Counted from the first letter of the stretch, positions 50,427-64,000 are shown. The stretch is DNA of 64,000 nt from Mizuhopecten yessoensis (GCF_002113885.1 NW_018408906.1:1-64000); one strand, 5' to 3'. Numbers and translations: made by a program. Notes: generated by a model from the letters alone, not told the origin.

Positions 50427-52324
50427 CTTGAAAACAAACCAGTCACGGGATTTCCCGAAGTTTTCCGTCGTCTGCTTGCTACATCTCGTTTCAAAAAAGT
50501 TGAAGTCCCGGCAACATCAATTTTGATAGCTTAATTTTAAGATTTTCTGTCTAATTACCCTTTGTCAGAATGACAATATATGTGTCTGATTGGGGGACTT
50601 TTCTTTAATTAAGAGTCATTATTCTCACAGAGAATCTATATTTTTACGAGCACAATGTGCGAGCGTACAACGTAACCTCATTTGATAATATTTTAATGAC
50701 ATTTAACTGTAATAGGCCTAATAATAATAATAATATCTTTATTTAAGGAGGGTTACATATTTAGTACAAGACTAATCTTCCATATGGCCCTAACAAACAT
50801 CATACAAACATGTAAACTGACATTAAAACAGATTATTATGCTAACTACAAAATCATGGACAAAATAAACATTATGTAAGATTACAGAAAGCTACTATTGT
50901 TTATGAATAGTTGGTAATCAGACTAACCTGCTGACTAGATATCTGAACGAACGTATCGTGAATAATATCAAATTATTATACAGATAAAAACAATAAACAA
51001 ACTATTTGACACATAAACTCTTTGCTCATTCGTACACACAGCATTCTTTCCCTGAGGAATACAGTTTTAATATAATTGAGCATATATATATGTACAAAAA
51101 TTACATCAAAGTACAAGGTTACAACACGTTCACAAAAACTTTGTAGTTTTTGACAGTTACCTGTGTGAATAACATTACTCATTTAAATATAGAGATAGCA
51201 GATGCTGCCTAAGGTGTTTCTTGACTACTGATTATCGTGACATGGACAATATGAAGATTAGAATAATTTACTCCCCAAAAAATCCTGATTTACGTGCCGT
51301 GCCGTGCGACGCTATTTATTATTTGTATTATAACTATTTTATCAAAACTAAACATGCTAGCTATGAAAAGAAATTTAATCAGAACCCTCGTTGACTATTT
51401 CAACTATGCATATTTTCTGCCGATATTGATCGTTTATCCCCAAATATTCGCCCAAATAACAGAAGTGTCCCTTTCAGGCCCTTTAATTCAGGGTACATTA
51501 ACGCCGATTCAAGGGCCAGATACGTAACTGTGATGGTATTTCGCGTTCTTTTTATAGAACCTCGCGCCCGAAATATCAAATTGTGATGATAGAAATGAAA
51601 AGTGGATAGTATCTATTAATGAAAAATGAACAAACATTTTTCGAACTGATAGTATGGTATAAAGAACATTGATATTTATCTAAAAAGTGTTCCGATTTCG
51701 GTACAGTGGCGTTAACTTAGGTGAGACAGGGACATAGAATTGTCCGAATAACTGCAATACCTAGTAGCACACCTAGCCAAGTGTTGATTTAAAGAAACAG
51801 ATCACTGTATTAGCTGATATGTGGATTTTTTTAAAATTATTTGCTCTGTTTGGACACGGACATATATGAGCTTTAAAGTTTGTTTTTGTCAAATTAACTT
51901 CTTATGGTTAGAACTATCATAAAAGGATAATTATATATAAAAGTTACCAACAGAAGTGCTGGGGAAAATTCTGGATGTGAGCCGAATTTTGTAAGAATGT
52001 AACGGAAAACGAAGTCAGGAAAACATTAAAAGTTCAGCAAAGAAATTAATTAGAACCAACGAGGGAAAATAATGTAACGTAAAAGATTTCACTGCTAGTG
52101 CTTATAACGATTACAGAATCTAAACACGCAAACATCAGCAGATAGCATATGGAATTATGACGTTTTCTACATGTATCAAATGCATTGTATATAAATAAGT
52201 TCAACAAAGCAAAACTACCACATTAGATGAACAAAATGTCACACACAACAAACACGTTGTAAATGAATCAAGAGGACACAACTCTTACTTTGTTTTACAA
52301 CAAAAATACTCATTATTGCAATTG

Positions 52325-52376
52325 TGACGTCATAATACATCCAGCTGAAGACGTCATTAAAACATGCCATGACAAC
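52325..52376 (+). promoter_or_regulatory. Proximal promoter motifs: CRE (TGACGTCA), CRE-like (GACGTCA) and RFX X-box-like (CATGCCATGACAAC)
   Basis: TGACGTCA 52325-52332, GACGTCA 52350-52356 and X-box-like 52363-52376, all within 110 bp of the WD40 gene ATG. Confidence 0.55.
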
Positions 52377-52434
52377 AGACAAAATGGAGACGTTGAACAG
52401 GGAACACGCTAGTCACCGGATGTAAGGAAACGCG

Positions 52435-55400
52435 ATGGAGTCAGTTCTTCCACCAGAGCTGAATCCGAAACGTAGAAGAGAGTCGAGGTTCTACGCTAGA
52501 CAAAGCATCGTACCGCATACAAACTCCAAGAGTGGTCTGAAGTTGCCACGAATTCAATCGGCAAAAGGATCATCTTCACGACGACTTACGGCCGACGACA
52601 GTGCATATTCACTGTTGGAGAAATCAAAAAAGAATTCAAAACACAGTAGGGAAGATTTTAATCCGGATAAAATCGCGGCCGAGATTAAATATGCGCGATT
52701 ACAAGAAATATTTGAGAAGGCTGATACAGATCAAGAACCTGGGCTGGAGCCTCATGAGTTCAGAGCAGCCATCAAGAAAACAGTGGGAGGCCATCTTACT
52801 GATAACGAGATAGAAACTCTGTTCATGAAAGTGGATGCTAACTGTGACGGAGTTGTAGATTGGGAAGAGTATGTCACGTACAATCTCATGGAATATCAGG
52901 AGAAAAACCAAATGATAGAAATGATGAGGGAAAAACCGTTTCCAACGGAAACCCGGGACGTTCCGTCAAGACATCGCGACATCATAGTGAGGGTCGCGCT
53001 TCTCCCGTCGATTCAGAAACGTACTGTGCCCCTAGCTAAACTGGACTATTCTAACGGTAGATATGTTACTCTCAGTAAGGAAGGCACCCTCATATTTTGG
53101 ACTTTAAAGATGAAACGCATCCGAAGTTTCAATACTCATTCTAGTTTGGACCGCGCCACCCAGCCTTGGCTGACGGATATGGCATGCATGTATAATGTCA
53201 ACATGTTAGCAGTCACATCCACTGACAGGGATATCATCATTTTCGACCTTCAGGCCAATAAATTCATCAAACGTTATCATATAGTCGGTATTGAGAATTG
53301 CATAACGACAATGTACTTCTGGGCTAACCTGCGGGACATGAATTATGCCGTTCTTTTGTGGGGCGATACAGATGGTAACACGTTTGCCATCAAGTTTGAC
53401 TCATCGCTGCGCGGGGGGCCGTTCGGAGCAGTTGGTAGCAAAGACGCATACAAGAAAGTGAATTTGCCGGAAGTCGTTCGAGGATTTTTCATTGGTGCTA
53501 AAGCATACAAATTTAGCAGGGTTCATGATGACTGGGTATCTCAGATTGGTTATATTCCAGAATTGGATTGTGTAGTGTCATGTTGCCAGAGCACGAACAA
53601 TTCATTATACCTGGCAGACATAGAAAAGAAAAAGATTTCCACGGTGTTCAAGGTAAGCAAAGGCATTCTAAGCTTTGATTATTGTCAATACAACAACATA
53701 ATAGTCACTGGCGGGATGGATTATCTTGTGCGGGTGTGGAATCCGTATGTCAATAGCAAGGCTATTGTCGTATTAAAGGGACACTCCAAACCAATAACCC
53801 ATATAATCATCAACTCTTCCAAGAACCAAATTATCAGTATTGACAAGGGAAAAAGCATCCGTGTTTTCGACATGAAGGACCAAACTTGTATCCAACAACT
53901 CAGTGGACGCGTGATAAAGCTAGGTCCCTTCCCGATTTCCACCGTCTGCTTTAACCCCGGAACGCAGACATTGGTACTGGGTACGAACCAGTTAGCGTTT
54001 CTGGAGAAGCATTTTGAGGAGGAGAACACAATAGAAGTCACATCCCACAATAAGCCAATCTTCGCAGCGCTCTACAACAAGACCTTCCGATTCGTTGTCA
54101 GCGCCTGTTATGATTCAGTTGTCAGTGTTTGGGACGTGCGGAATGGTGAAAAGGTCATGCAATTTATAAATGCCCATACACACACTGAAGGAGGTGTGGA
54201 CATACCTGTCGAAATTTCAGCAATCACGTTTGACGGACCAGAAAGACGCCTTATCACGGGTGCGCGAGACGGCAGCGTTAAAGTCTGGAACTTCAACAAC
54301 GGTGCGTGCCTACAAACATTCAACACTCCCGGCGGCCTGGATGTGACAGGTCTTGTGAGCACGCGACATCGGATCTACGTCACCGGATGGAGTCGCACCG
54401 TGCACATATACTTGGATGGGGGTGGAGAGGAATACCGGAAAGAGTGGAAGGCCAAACACAACGAGGACATCATCTGCATGTCATACATGGGACCAAACAT
54501 CATTGCGACAGGTTCTTATGACGGGGACATCGTCATATGGTCAAGGGACACTGGCCAAGCCTACTGCACGCTGAATGCATTCAAGGGCACAAAACCTTCC
54601 ACGGAAAACAATACGAAATTCAAGTCAATGAAGGACGAAGAGGACGAGAGAAGATATTCACTGATAGAGGAAGATGTAATGGCATTAGATGATGCTGCTG
54701 GAAAAATGAAATCGAGTAAACGAAGCTCTTTGAAAGGTATCAGAGTGGGAGTTGGACTTCTAAGCAAGGTACGCGAAACTAATAGTCGAAATGGGAGCAG
54801 ACTTTCGAAACAATTCTGTAGGATGGAGACACCATGTGAGCATCCTCTTATGCCTCTGTTTGATGAGCAAGTCTACACTCCAACACCGACCTCTGAGCAG
54901 CCGAGCAGCCGACATGGTTACGATGAAATCTGTAAAAATTACGAGGCGTCTGTAGAAAAAATGATTTTCTTAGAAAATCGAGATAACTTGGATAAACAAA
55001 CTGCTGTTCTTTTTACCAGTGGTGCAGAGGGCTGGGTAAGAGCCTGGTCAATGCATCATGAAGGAGGTCTCTTGGGCCAGTTCAATGCTTCACACAAAGT
55101 CGGCGAGGGCGTCCATGCTATTGCATCCGATTCAGAAAACAAATATTTGTTCACTGCAGACACGGCAGGGTATCTAAAAACTTGGGACATCACAGAATAC
55201 TGCATCAGAGAGAAACACACCAGCAGCAAGCGAGCGACACGATGGAAAGAGTTATTTGAAATCTTCATGTTTATGTTGGTAGATGGACATGATTCGCGAG
55301 AACCCCCGCTTAGCTTTAACACTAAAGATCCCAGGCCAGACGGAATCCTTAATCGACCGCCACCATTGAACAGTAACCCAAGGAGGACCATACAATGGCC

Positions 55401-56699
55401 TTTACTTGTGAACTCTTTTAAAGTCCATACAAAAGTAGTTAATAGTATCGTCTTCATTGACGAATTTAAGTTTGTCTGTACCTGCAGTGCCGACTGTTCA
55501 ATTCGACTGTGGACACTTGGTGGCCAATACATAGGAACCTTTGGAGAAAGGTGGGACCCGATCAAACCACCTTATAAGCCAAAGAAGTTCGATGAAGATG
55601 CTCGGATACCGAGAGATTTGAAGCGAATTGGATCTGCGAGAACACTAAAAGTATTGAACCAAAGCAAAGCACCGAAATGGAAGAATCTTCTAGCGAAAAT
55701 GAAGAAAGTTGGCATCCCTAGAGTAGAAACGCAGGTAGAACAAGAGGCTGTCCAAGAGGAAGTGCAATTCCAAGACGATTTGATGGAAAAGAAGCTGAAC
55801 TCAAGTGCCATACTCGGCCAATCATACAAGCGGAAAATACGTCATAAGCTTCCGCCGTCTCTTCCCAAAATGATTGAAACGTCTGTATCGGTTAGTAGGC
55901 TATGCTTTTCGTTTAAATTTAAATCTATCTTTTATAATGTATTTACACGAATGATTATGCAAAGAAATGAAATGGCACATAATTTTATGTCAGAAGTTAC
56001 AGTATAGAACTATTTACCCCCGTTGAGATCTGGCTTTACTAGAATTAGATTAACCAGGGATTTAATAAATTGATTCATCAACACAAGGAAGATTGTATGT
56101 ATCGTCGCTGGAGACCATACCGATGGATATTTCATTATTAAAGTTATATATCAAGGTCAACAAAGCATAATTTTAGGTCAGCAAAGCAGTTTTCAGCCGA
56201 TGGGATTGCATGAAATTCCTAAGTCAGTAATAGATAACTTTTAATGTAGTGTTGCAGCAAATGGTGTTTTCTTAACTATACAGTTTGAATATATATATAG
56301 TAAATATGCTAAGTACATGTGATGTGTAATGTGTTGTAGATGGCCGTTTTCCATTCAATGCCTTTCGTCGAGTTAGCACCCGTTGACCAGTACTCACTGT
56401 CAGACGACATGAAAATCCGGAAGTACGGAGCGAATCTACGTGACAAATTCCGCGGTGTGAAGCGGAAGGACACAGTAGTTCCCGCTATTGCCATGGCGGT
56501 GAAAAAGATAGCGAACCGCGGAACCAAGGTCCCTTCCGCTAGATATCACGTCAAGCCAAGTCGTGTTAAGAAACTCTATCAGCAAATGCAAGGGAAGTCG
56601 TTCGACCCTGACGCAAAGTTCAGCATTGACAGTCCTGTGATGTCAGATACCAAACTCGAACAATCGAAATATTCGTTGGTTTCAGACGCAAGTTACTAA
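52435..56699 (+). CDS. EF-hand and WD40-repeat protein (WDR49/WDR64/WDY-like), two exons 52435-55890 and 56340-56699, 1271 aa predicted
   Basis: N-terminal EF-hand pair (FEKADTDQEPGL..EF; LFMKVDANCDGVVDWEEY) and many WD repeats (VTGGMDYLVRVWN, LITGARDGSVKVWN, ATGSYDGDIVIWS, CSADCSIRLWT). Phase-0 donor TCG|GTTAGT at 55891 and acceptor TTGTAG at 56339 join the two ORFs in frame. Confidence 0.9.
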
Positions 56700-57236
56700 A
56701 GAGATGGATTCCTTCAAATTGATGACAATACACCGTTGTTTTTCGGTCTGGCAAACATTTCCAACATTGAAGAGATACACATTTTCCGGTCTATGTGTCT
56801 GGTCGTATATTAACAATACGCGTTGCAAAAGGGGTTGGGGGATTGAGGCGTCACTTACTTAACAGTTAAATGTGTTAAAACCTCTTCAATAGGAATCAAA
56901 TAGCCATTTAGCCATTTTCCTAAGCAAACATACAGAGCATCAAAACGCTTTTAGCAAATGAAGTGCTAGTACATAACTTATATTTTACATTAACATACTG
57001 ATTATTTTCAACCTTGTTTGACTTTTTATATATATATTTTGGAAGATATATATATTTTGCCTACAATTCTACATTATTATTAATGACTTTTTGAAATTTT
57101 TGTATATAATTTATATTTATATGTTTATATGTATCTTTGAAAAAATATACAAATTCTTTTCATATTCAATTGTTTGTGTAAACTTTCGACATCATTTTTA
57201 CAACGATAACTACCTTTGACCAGAAAGCTCGTTATC

Positions 57237-57433
57237 CGGACCGCTTTCGTTTATCGCGATCAAAACGCTTGAACCGGTTCGACCAGAGTTGATCGTTTAT
57301 GAAATAAGGTCGACCCTAGTAATCCAATGTTGTTTTCACAAAGCCTTACAGGGCATGCATAAACTTTTGACAGAAAATGTAACATTCAAGAACAGCCGAA
57401 TCGGTTGTTCCGCATTAACGAACACGTCCTTGG
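57237..57433 (+). mobile_element. Dispersed MITE-like repeat (related to 33507-33724)
   Basis: Colinear similarity to 33507-33724. Confidence 0.6.
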
Positions 57434-58645
57434 TTCGTTCTACCGCCCGTCTGTCAAGAGTTCGGAGGCCCTATGGGTAGTATTCACTAAAACTGTCTCA
57501 TACTTAAACGCAGGTTCTGTGCTTAAACCAACTTTTTAGGTCCTTCGATAAACTAATGGAAAATCAGATTTTGTCAACGGTTTTGAAGATTTTTTAAGCC
57601 GAATATCGTTTTCAATTCTTAAACTGATATTTTGAACGTTCCACATGATTTGAGTGACAAAAAAAGCTGGGTTGAACACAGAATCCTTGCATGAGCATGA
57701 TAACGGTTTCATGAATACGGGCCCTGGGTTCGAATTCCAGTTTGACCCCATTGCATCTGACCTCTCCTGTTACAGCGTTGACTGCAAACAAACCTTGTTT
57801 AATGCGCTGTGTGTGTGCGCTTGGCACGGCCATACTCGAACGTTGGTTTCAAATAGTGTTGTCTTTGGTCAATTACTAATATCTGGATTGATTTAATTTA
57901 ACCAAATTTATTTTTTCAGACATTTCAGTATGATGGACCATAACATGAATTCTGTGAAAATGGCTGGTAGTTATAAGGATGAAAGGCCCGTTAGATAAAA
58001 CGATATATATAATAATTTATGTAATTTCTTTCCTTCTAAAAAGGAACGTTAACTGACTCGGGCAATTTTGAAAATACACACTGATCTACATGCTTAATTG
58101 CAAATAGAAAACAAAAATTGAACTGAATAAGTATGTTGATAATGTTCTTGGTTAATGCAGCACATTGTTACCAGTTTTATGAAGCAGACTATATTCTATA
58201 TATTTTGCAAGGATATAAGCAACAGCGAGTTATTTTCTTTTTCAACAACATAAGCGGCACACCCTGGGAACAAAATAATAAACAATATCGATTGGTTCAC
58301 ATTATCGGTGAACATTCTTGCCGGACGCTTCAGGAACACGTAAGTTTGTTTACCATTAGTGGCATGTTTTTTTCAAATGTTGATGTCATAATCTGAACTT
58401 AAAAACAGTTTCCGAAGTGCGTCACTACTTGGTTTAGAGTTAAATTATGTGAACGCTATAATGCGAACACGAGTTCCCACCTGTGCAACACACCTGTCCT
58501 ATACCGGCAGGTAACCCGTTATATAGAACACATCTACTAATTCAGAGTCTGATCTCAGGTATTTGCGACGACCTTGATGGAATAATAAAATGTATCCTTT
58601 TCTCACTTGCTATCTTTAGCAATTTCATAAATAGTGGTTGAAACT

Positions 58646-59029
58646 TGTAAGAGAATAGTGTGCTTCCACCGGGGATCGGACCCTAGATCTCCAGATTCCT
58701 TGTCGGAGCTCTACCACTGAGCTAAAGGGAAATTCCCTCTAGTTCAAAGCAAGAAAGCGACCTTAATCCTATGTACAGTTAAAACCTGCCACACTACTCC
58801 CCCCTTTTTAAATGTGTTCGCCCTCGAACACCACAACCCAGGTTATAACTCCTTGTCACCACAGGGAGGGCAACGGACACCATTTTTAACAGAAAAAGAG
58901 AATAGTGTGCTGCCACCGGGGATCGAATCCTCCATCTCCAGGTTCCTAGTCCGACGCTCTACCACTGAGCTAAAGAGAAATTTCCCTCTAGCTGGACCGT
59001 AATCCTATTTACAATTAAAACCTGCCACA
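58646..59029 (-). mobile_element. Second miniature LTR retrotransposon with tRNA-like LTRs (Helenus-like, different family)
   Basis: Direct repeats 58646-58793 and ~58885-59029, starting TGTGGCAGG on the minus strand. PBS-like TGGTGTCCGTTG just inside the 5' LTR; PPT AAAAAGGGGGGAGTAG before the 3' LTR. A box TAGCTCAGTGG and B box GATTCGATCC within the LTR. No TSD evident. Confidence 0.85.
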
Positions 59030-60117
59030 TACATATCATAATTGTGGTTACTGTTGTGTATTATATATAATTACCAACGTTAGTGCAGGCAAATTTGCAA
59101 TGCACCCAAATTCTCGATCCCTATGACGAAAATGACATATTATGTCATAATAAATAAGATGTGATTTAAATAACATCACCAGAGTCTTCAACACAGTTAA
59201 AGTGTTCAAATTTCGGAAAAGAAGAGGTATAAGAAGGGAAAAGTTGTATTATTATTTTAATGTAGCAGTGTACAGAAGCGTACGGTGGCCATGGGTGATA
59301 TCTATGTACAATGAATAACCCATGTAATATTACACGTATCAAAGTTAAAGAAACAAACCAGCACTGAAATTGGCGTATATACATGATGAAGTGGAGGACT
59401 ATGTGGGCTTCACATTTAAAAAAAAAAAAAAAACGAATTTGGTTTGAAACTACATTTTTGGCCATTTACAAATCTGTGTCTACACAACAAAAGCTAACTT
59501 TTCGTGTAGTCTATTTTTGTACTCAGCACATGTGTAAATATTGTGAAAAATCCAGTTGAATGACCTATGCTAAAACGTGAAACTGTTACCGAGTAGGTGA
59601 TATTCAATTTAAGACAGGTTTTAAGAAAAAAAATACTGCTTGAGTGGGGAAATCACTTTGAAAAAAAAAAAAATGTATTCCAAATGTAGTTTGTAAATAT
59701 TGCAAATATTATTTTGGCTTCCATCTTGCTGGAGAAACACTAGCTGCGACAACATAGCTTATGCATGATTCTTAAAAGAAAATGCCTTACTAAAATTACT
59801 AACAAAATAAAATAACGAAATTAGCAAAGTCCGTCTTGGGGAGAGAAAAAAGAAACGACCGCCAATTGGCAGATTGTGATGTTATCTAAATTATCCGTTT
59901 GTAAATATGGCTTGCATGGGTTGGGGCCAATTATAGTATTACTACTGATGCCACCATGTTAACTACGAATTCCATATTTGGTCATGGCACCCATATATAT
60001 ATAGATGTCTGCCCTATATCGGAAGAGAGACGAAGTGTCCATCATGGCGGTCAAATCAGATTTTGATTGCCCTTTTGATTGTCCTCGCTATGTAAACTTG
60101 ATCATTTAACGTCATTC

Positions 60118-60414
60118 TTGGCAGGGTTTAACTTCAAGTTACGTACATAGGAGATCAACAGAAATGGTTAATATTACAAACAAGGGTATGGATGCTGACC
60201 CACATGCTGTCAATTAATGCTAAAATCGCCCTTTTGTGGTTCACACAGGGGCTAGCTCCATTACAGTTGGCAGGGTTTAACTTCAAGTTACGTACATAGG
60301 AGATCAACGGAAATGGTTAATATTACAAACCAGGGTATGGATGCTGACCCACATGCTGTCAATTAATGCTAAAATCGCCCTTTTGTGGTTCACACCGGGG
60401 CTTGTTCCATTACA
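60118..60414. repeat. 149-bp tandem duplication
   Basis: TTGGCAGGGTTTAACTTCAAG...CCATTACA occurs twice with a few mismatches. Confidence 0.92.
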
Positions 60415-62483
60415 AGACATGGGATTGATTTAAAACCCGGCTGCGGCAGAGGAGCCCGGGTATTAATATTAGTACTAGAGGAACACATGTACATTTATGT
60501 GATACAAGGGAAGTAGTGAAAAGAATATGTAATCCCAGACTTTTCTATCAAAGCTAGTAAGGTCACTTTGACACAATTTACAATTAGGGTTTAATTCAAG
60601 AGTAGAAAGTTAGTAGCTTTTTTTCAAATAGGGGAAAATATGGAGGGAGGCATGGATGATATCTTTAATTTTTGTTCATCTCTGTTTATTATGGACGCTT
60701 CTAGTTATAATCCCCCACCAGATATGAATTAAAGTGCTTGTTGTGACTGTTATAATATTGTATTACAACACGAACACAGGGAAATTGAAATAAATTGCTC
60801 GGTCGTCAAACTGATGGAAAATAAAAACAATAATGAACCAAGACAGATATTCATGTGGTAGTATTTTGGTTAGAAGTGGGGGGATTTTTAACTGAAATAG
60901 AGGGAAATGAAGCTGAAATAGGGGGAAAATAATGCCAAAATTGGAGAGGGCAATTAACCCATATTCGTTAAAAAAAATAGGCCTGTATACATCCATGACA
61001 ATTAATGCACCTATTTTTACACTACCCCCTACCCCCGGTCCCTTTTCTATGTCTTCAGCCTCAAAGACATGCATCCACATGTACAGCCTAGGTAGGTTGA
61101 CCGTTCTTTACTCCCCCAAGGGTACTAATCTGCTTCTGCATAAATACATAAATATTCACATGTATATTAATGATAGATAGATTACTCATGCTAGTGGCAT
61201 GACAAAAGGGAGATTGCCTTGAAAATTTGACATCCAGTGTCTAGCTTTCGTGTCACTATCACTTCTTAGCTTATAATAGTGTTCAATGTATAAGCTAGAC
61301 GTCCATCTAGCTCTCTTTGTTTGTATTCTTCAATTAAATTGGATCATAATGCCATTCCATTCAAAACATGTATTTGGATGGAATGGCTTCTTGCCAGCAT
61401 ATTTGATAGCCTTGACATTTTGTGCCATAAAATCAAATACAAACCAAACATAAATACAATTTAGACTATTGAGGTTATATATATATATATCAACAGTATG
61501 TATATAAATTATACCTGTTACTCGGTATATAGAAAGGTAAGACCACTTCATAGGTAAACACATTCTTATGTAATGGGTAATAAACATAATTTGGGCTGGA
61601 AGGGTACCACACTTATTCATATACATGTACATATTATACACATTTTAGTCAATTGTGATAAAACATACCGTTACTGCATAATTTAGATACAGTAGAACAA
61701 ACACGACACATTTATATTAAAATTTGGCCAAACACAATATTTGTTGTGTTTCCACAAAAAACTGGCAAAGGTAGACAGGAAAAAGTTTTTATTATTGAAA
61801 AGATTTTCATATAAGTTTTATAGAGACAATTTTTAAGACCTTAATATAGTGCTTGTTTAAATTCAGGGAAGAAATAAAAAAATCTCGAGGTTAGGAAGTT
61901 AAGAGAAACCTGAAACACAGAACAAATGTTTGGCATTAAGGCCAAACTGATGCACTCAGCTATACAGGCCAAACATAATGCTATTGTTACATGTGCAGGT
62001 AAATATTTTACAAGAGAAAATGAGATCGAACGCCCGCTAGTGGATGTTCAGTTGAGGTCTGCTTACCCCATCTGATGGATTCCTAAATGGTATTCACTCT
62101 TCTGGCCATAAGAGTGATAGAAATTCAAAAAAAAGAGATGCCCAGGCAACATCAAACAGGGAGTGTCAGCAAATTTAATGCAGTAATGTAAACATTTTGT
62201 TTAAGCTTTTGTCAATTCTGTTGTAACAAATATTGATTATGTATGATGAATAGACAAAATTATGATAGCAGATATAATATTATCATATTTCCACAGTCAA
62301 TTTTACATTGGGGTATTTGTTATCAATTGGGAAAATCAATTATACGATACTGTTACAACACAGGCTGACAATGAAACCATATATATTATGTAGTACATAT
62401 ACAATGAATTAATGTTCTTTTATTGCAAAACGGGTTTGGACAAATTTGAAAAACAGTATGGATTACTAGATTTGCTTGTAAAG

Positions 62484-62577
62484 GTTATTGCATGGTTTTC
62501 GAGTAACAAGGGATTTATTACCCCCGAGCGAAGCGAGGGTGTAATAAGTCCCGAGTGACGAGAAATCATGCAATAAC
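62484..62577. mobile_element. Palindromic MITE-like element
   Basis: GTTATTGCATG...CATGCAATAAC arms with centre CCCGAGCGAAGCGAGGG. Confidence 0.7.
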
Positions 62578-64000
62578 TGGCTTACTGCATGCTTCCCAAC
62601 TCGAACAAAACAGAAAAGTTGAGGAAAAAGTGTTCACCTGGACAATCTTTTTACCTACCCTACACTGCAGATAATTTACATGTACCTATGTGAGTGAGTA
62701 CTTATCATAACCAGGTAAGATTCTCAATAGCCCAGTCTGAGTGTATCCTTCATAATGGATACAAGTGTTTTTGGATTACTATCCAGGTTCAGTGTCAGGG
62801 AAGGTAAGGAGTGTCTGTTCAAAATATGGGAAACAATGTTGAATTTCTGACTACATTTTCAGTTTAATTTTCAAGATGTGGCAAAGGTACAGGATATTGA
62901 AACCATTTTCATATATACAATGTAAGGGTTTATCAATCCCTAAGGAATTCCAGTTCTTTCAATGAATGGTATATTTGAATGTGCAATTTTGTATAAAGGA
63001 ACAGCTCCTTAAGATTATAACTTTTCCGGGAAATGCTTATCCTCTCACGTGATAAGGAAATCTGTTTGTGTTTTTCAATCATGAAATTACCATTTTTAAC
63101 TTTCATTTTTTCCCCTTATTTGAAATGTGTCAACTAAGTTTATCCTCTACTGTATTGACTTCATCGTTACTCACTGATTGATTATCTCCCTTTCTTACAG
63201 CATTTGTGGCCACAGTCCACTGGGCACACCCCCTTTCATGGTCATGTAATCATGATTGGCCTTGAAAGGGGATTACGTGTGCAGTGGACTGTGGTAGCAA
63301 GTGATTTATTGCCCACACTTTTCCATTGTGAGAGGTGGGAAGTATGCAGTAAGTAGTTGTGTGTGTTTTTTGGCTTGCTTCAGTGAACGCTAATTGCTTA
63401 TGAAATATATTTGCATATTCTAACAGGTATTTTTAGCTCATCTGGACCCACTTGTATAAAACGGTTTGTTCTCCTTTCTCCCACTTTTTTCTGATCAAAG
63501 GAATTATATAAACACTGGAAACCAATAGAGGTGTCATTATAGTCTGTTCTGTTACAGTACAGGTAGATTATTTACCTGTATTTACCTGTTCACCAATAGG
63601 AAATACTGTGTTAGTTATAGGAATATTTAACAAATATATTTCCTGATTTTTCGTAATATTTACTGGAATTATGAATAAACATATACAAGATTCCAGTTAT
63701 TACTTAATAAAAACACATCAAAATACGTTAACTGAAAACCTGCTTTTATTAATTTCATATAAAATCAATTTTATACATTTTTACTACATATACATTTACA
63801 TGTATGTAATATATATATTTCATAAATTAGAACTAAATTTAGCAAGCAATTTATGACAAATATAATCAGTAAAGACAGAGATCATGTATTGCATTATTAA
63901 ATATGCAAAAACAGATGCAAAGCTGGGAATGAAAATAAATAAAACAAAATTGATTACATGTACACATGAAATACTGAGCACTGGTTGGTCAAATCAATCA

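Noticed and set aside
53721-55829. Antisense ORFs within the WD40 exon (and within the TRIM-like CDSs)
   Set aside because: Shadow ORFs of real coding sequence with no independent features.
55891-56007. Last 38 aa of the 1190-aa ORF
   Set aside because: AT-rich read-through into the intron; splicing to 56340 gives a better C-terminus.
60044-60100. Possible gene start ATGGCGGTCAAATCAG with upstream CCAAT boxes
   Set aside because: Short, with no homology I can recognise and no supportable gene model.

Overview
Eukaryotic, intron-containing, AT-rich genomic DNA, most consistent with a bivalve mollusc (inferred from the gene and repeat families). It is not prokaryotic, and I see no CRISPR array, rRNA or intact tRNA. 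From left to right: (1) a ~16-kb-offset segmental duplication carrying two 551-aa B-box/coiled-coil/NHL-type beta-propeller (TRIM-like, RING-less) genes, whose differences concentrate in predicted propeller surface loops while the adjacent intron is ~99% identical; (2) a decayed Tc1 (DD34E) transposon; (3) a dense set of Helentron-type non-autonomous elements (HINE/DINE-1/pearl-like), one of them nested; (4) a 1.7-kb GC-rich minisatellite; (5) a three-exon PMS2 pseudogene fragment with two nonsense codons, not shown in the ORF track; (6) a complete 17-exon GGA adaptor gene (minus strand, 711 aa predicted), head-to-head with (7) a two-exon EF-hand/WD40 gene (1271 aa predicted, WDR49/WDR64-like) with CRE and RFX X-box motifs. 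Two miniature LTR retroelements have tRNA-like (Pol III A/B box) LTRs. The most unusual recurring pattern: three unrelated minisatellites (36, 38 and 44 bp units) each look like an amplified exon-end plus 5' splice donor junction, giving arrays of up to ~31 tandem donor sites. All counts were made by eye and are approximate.
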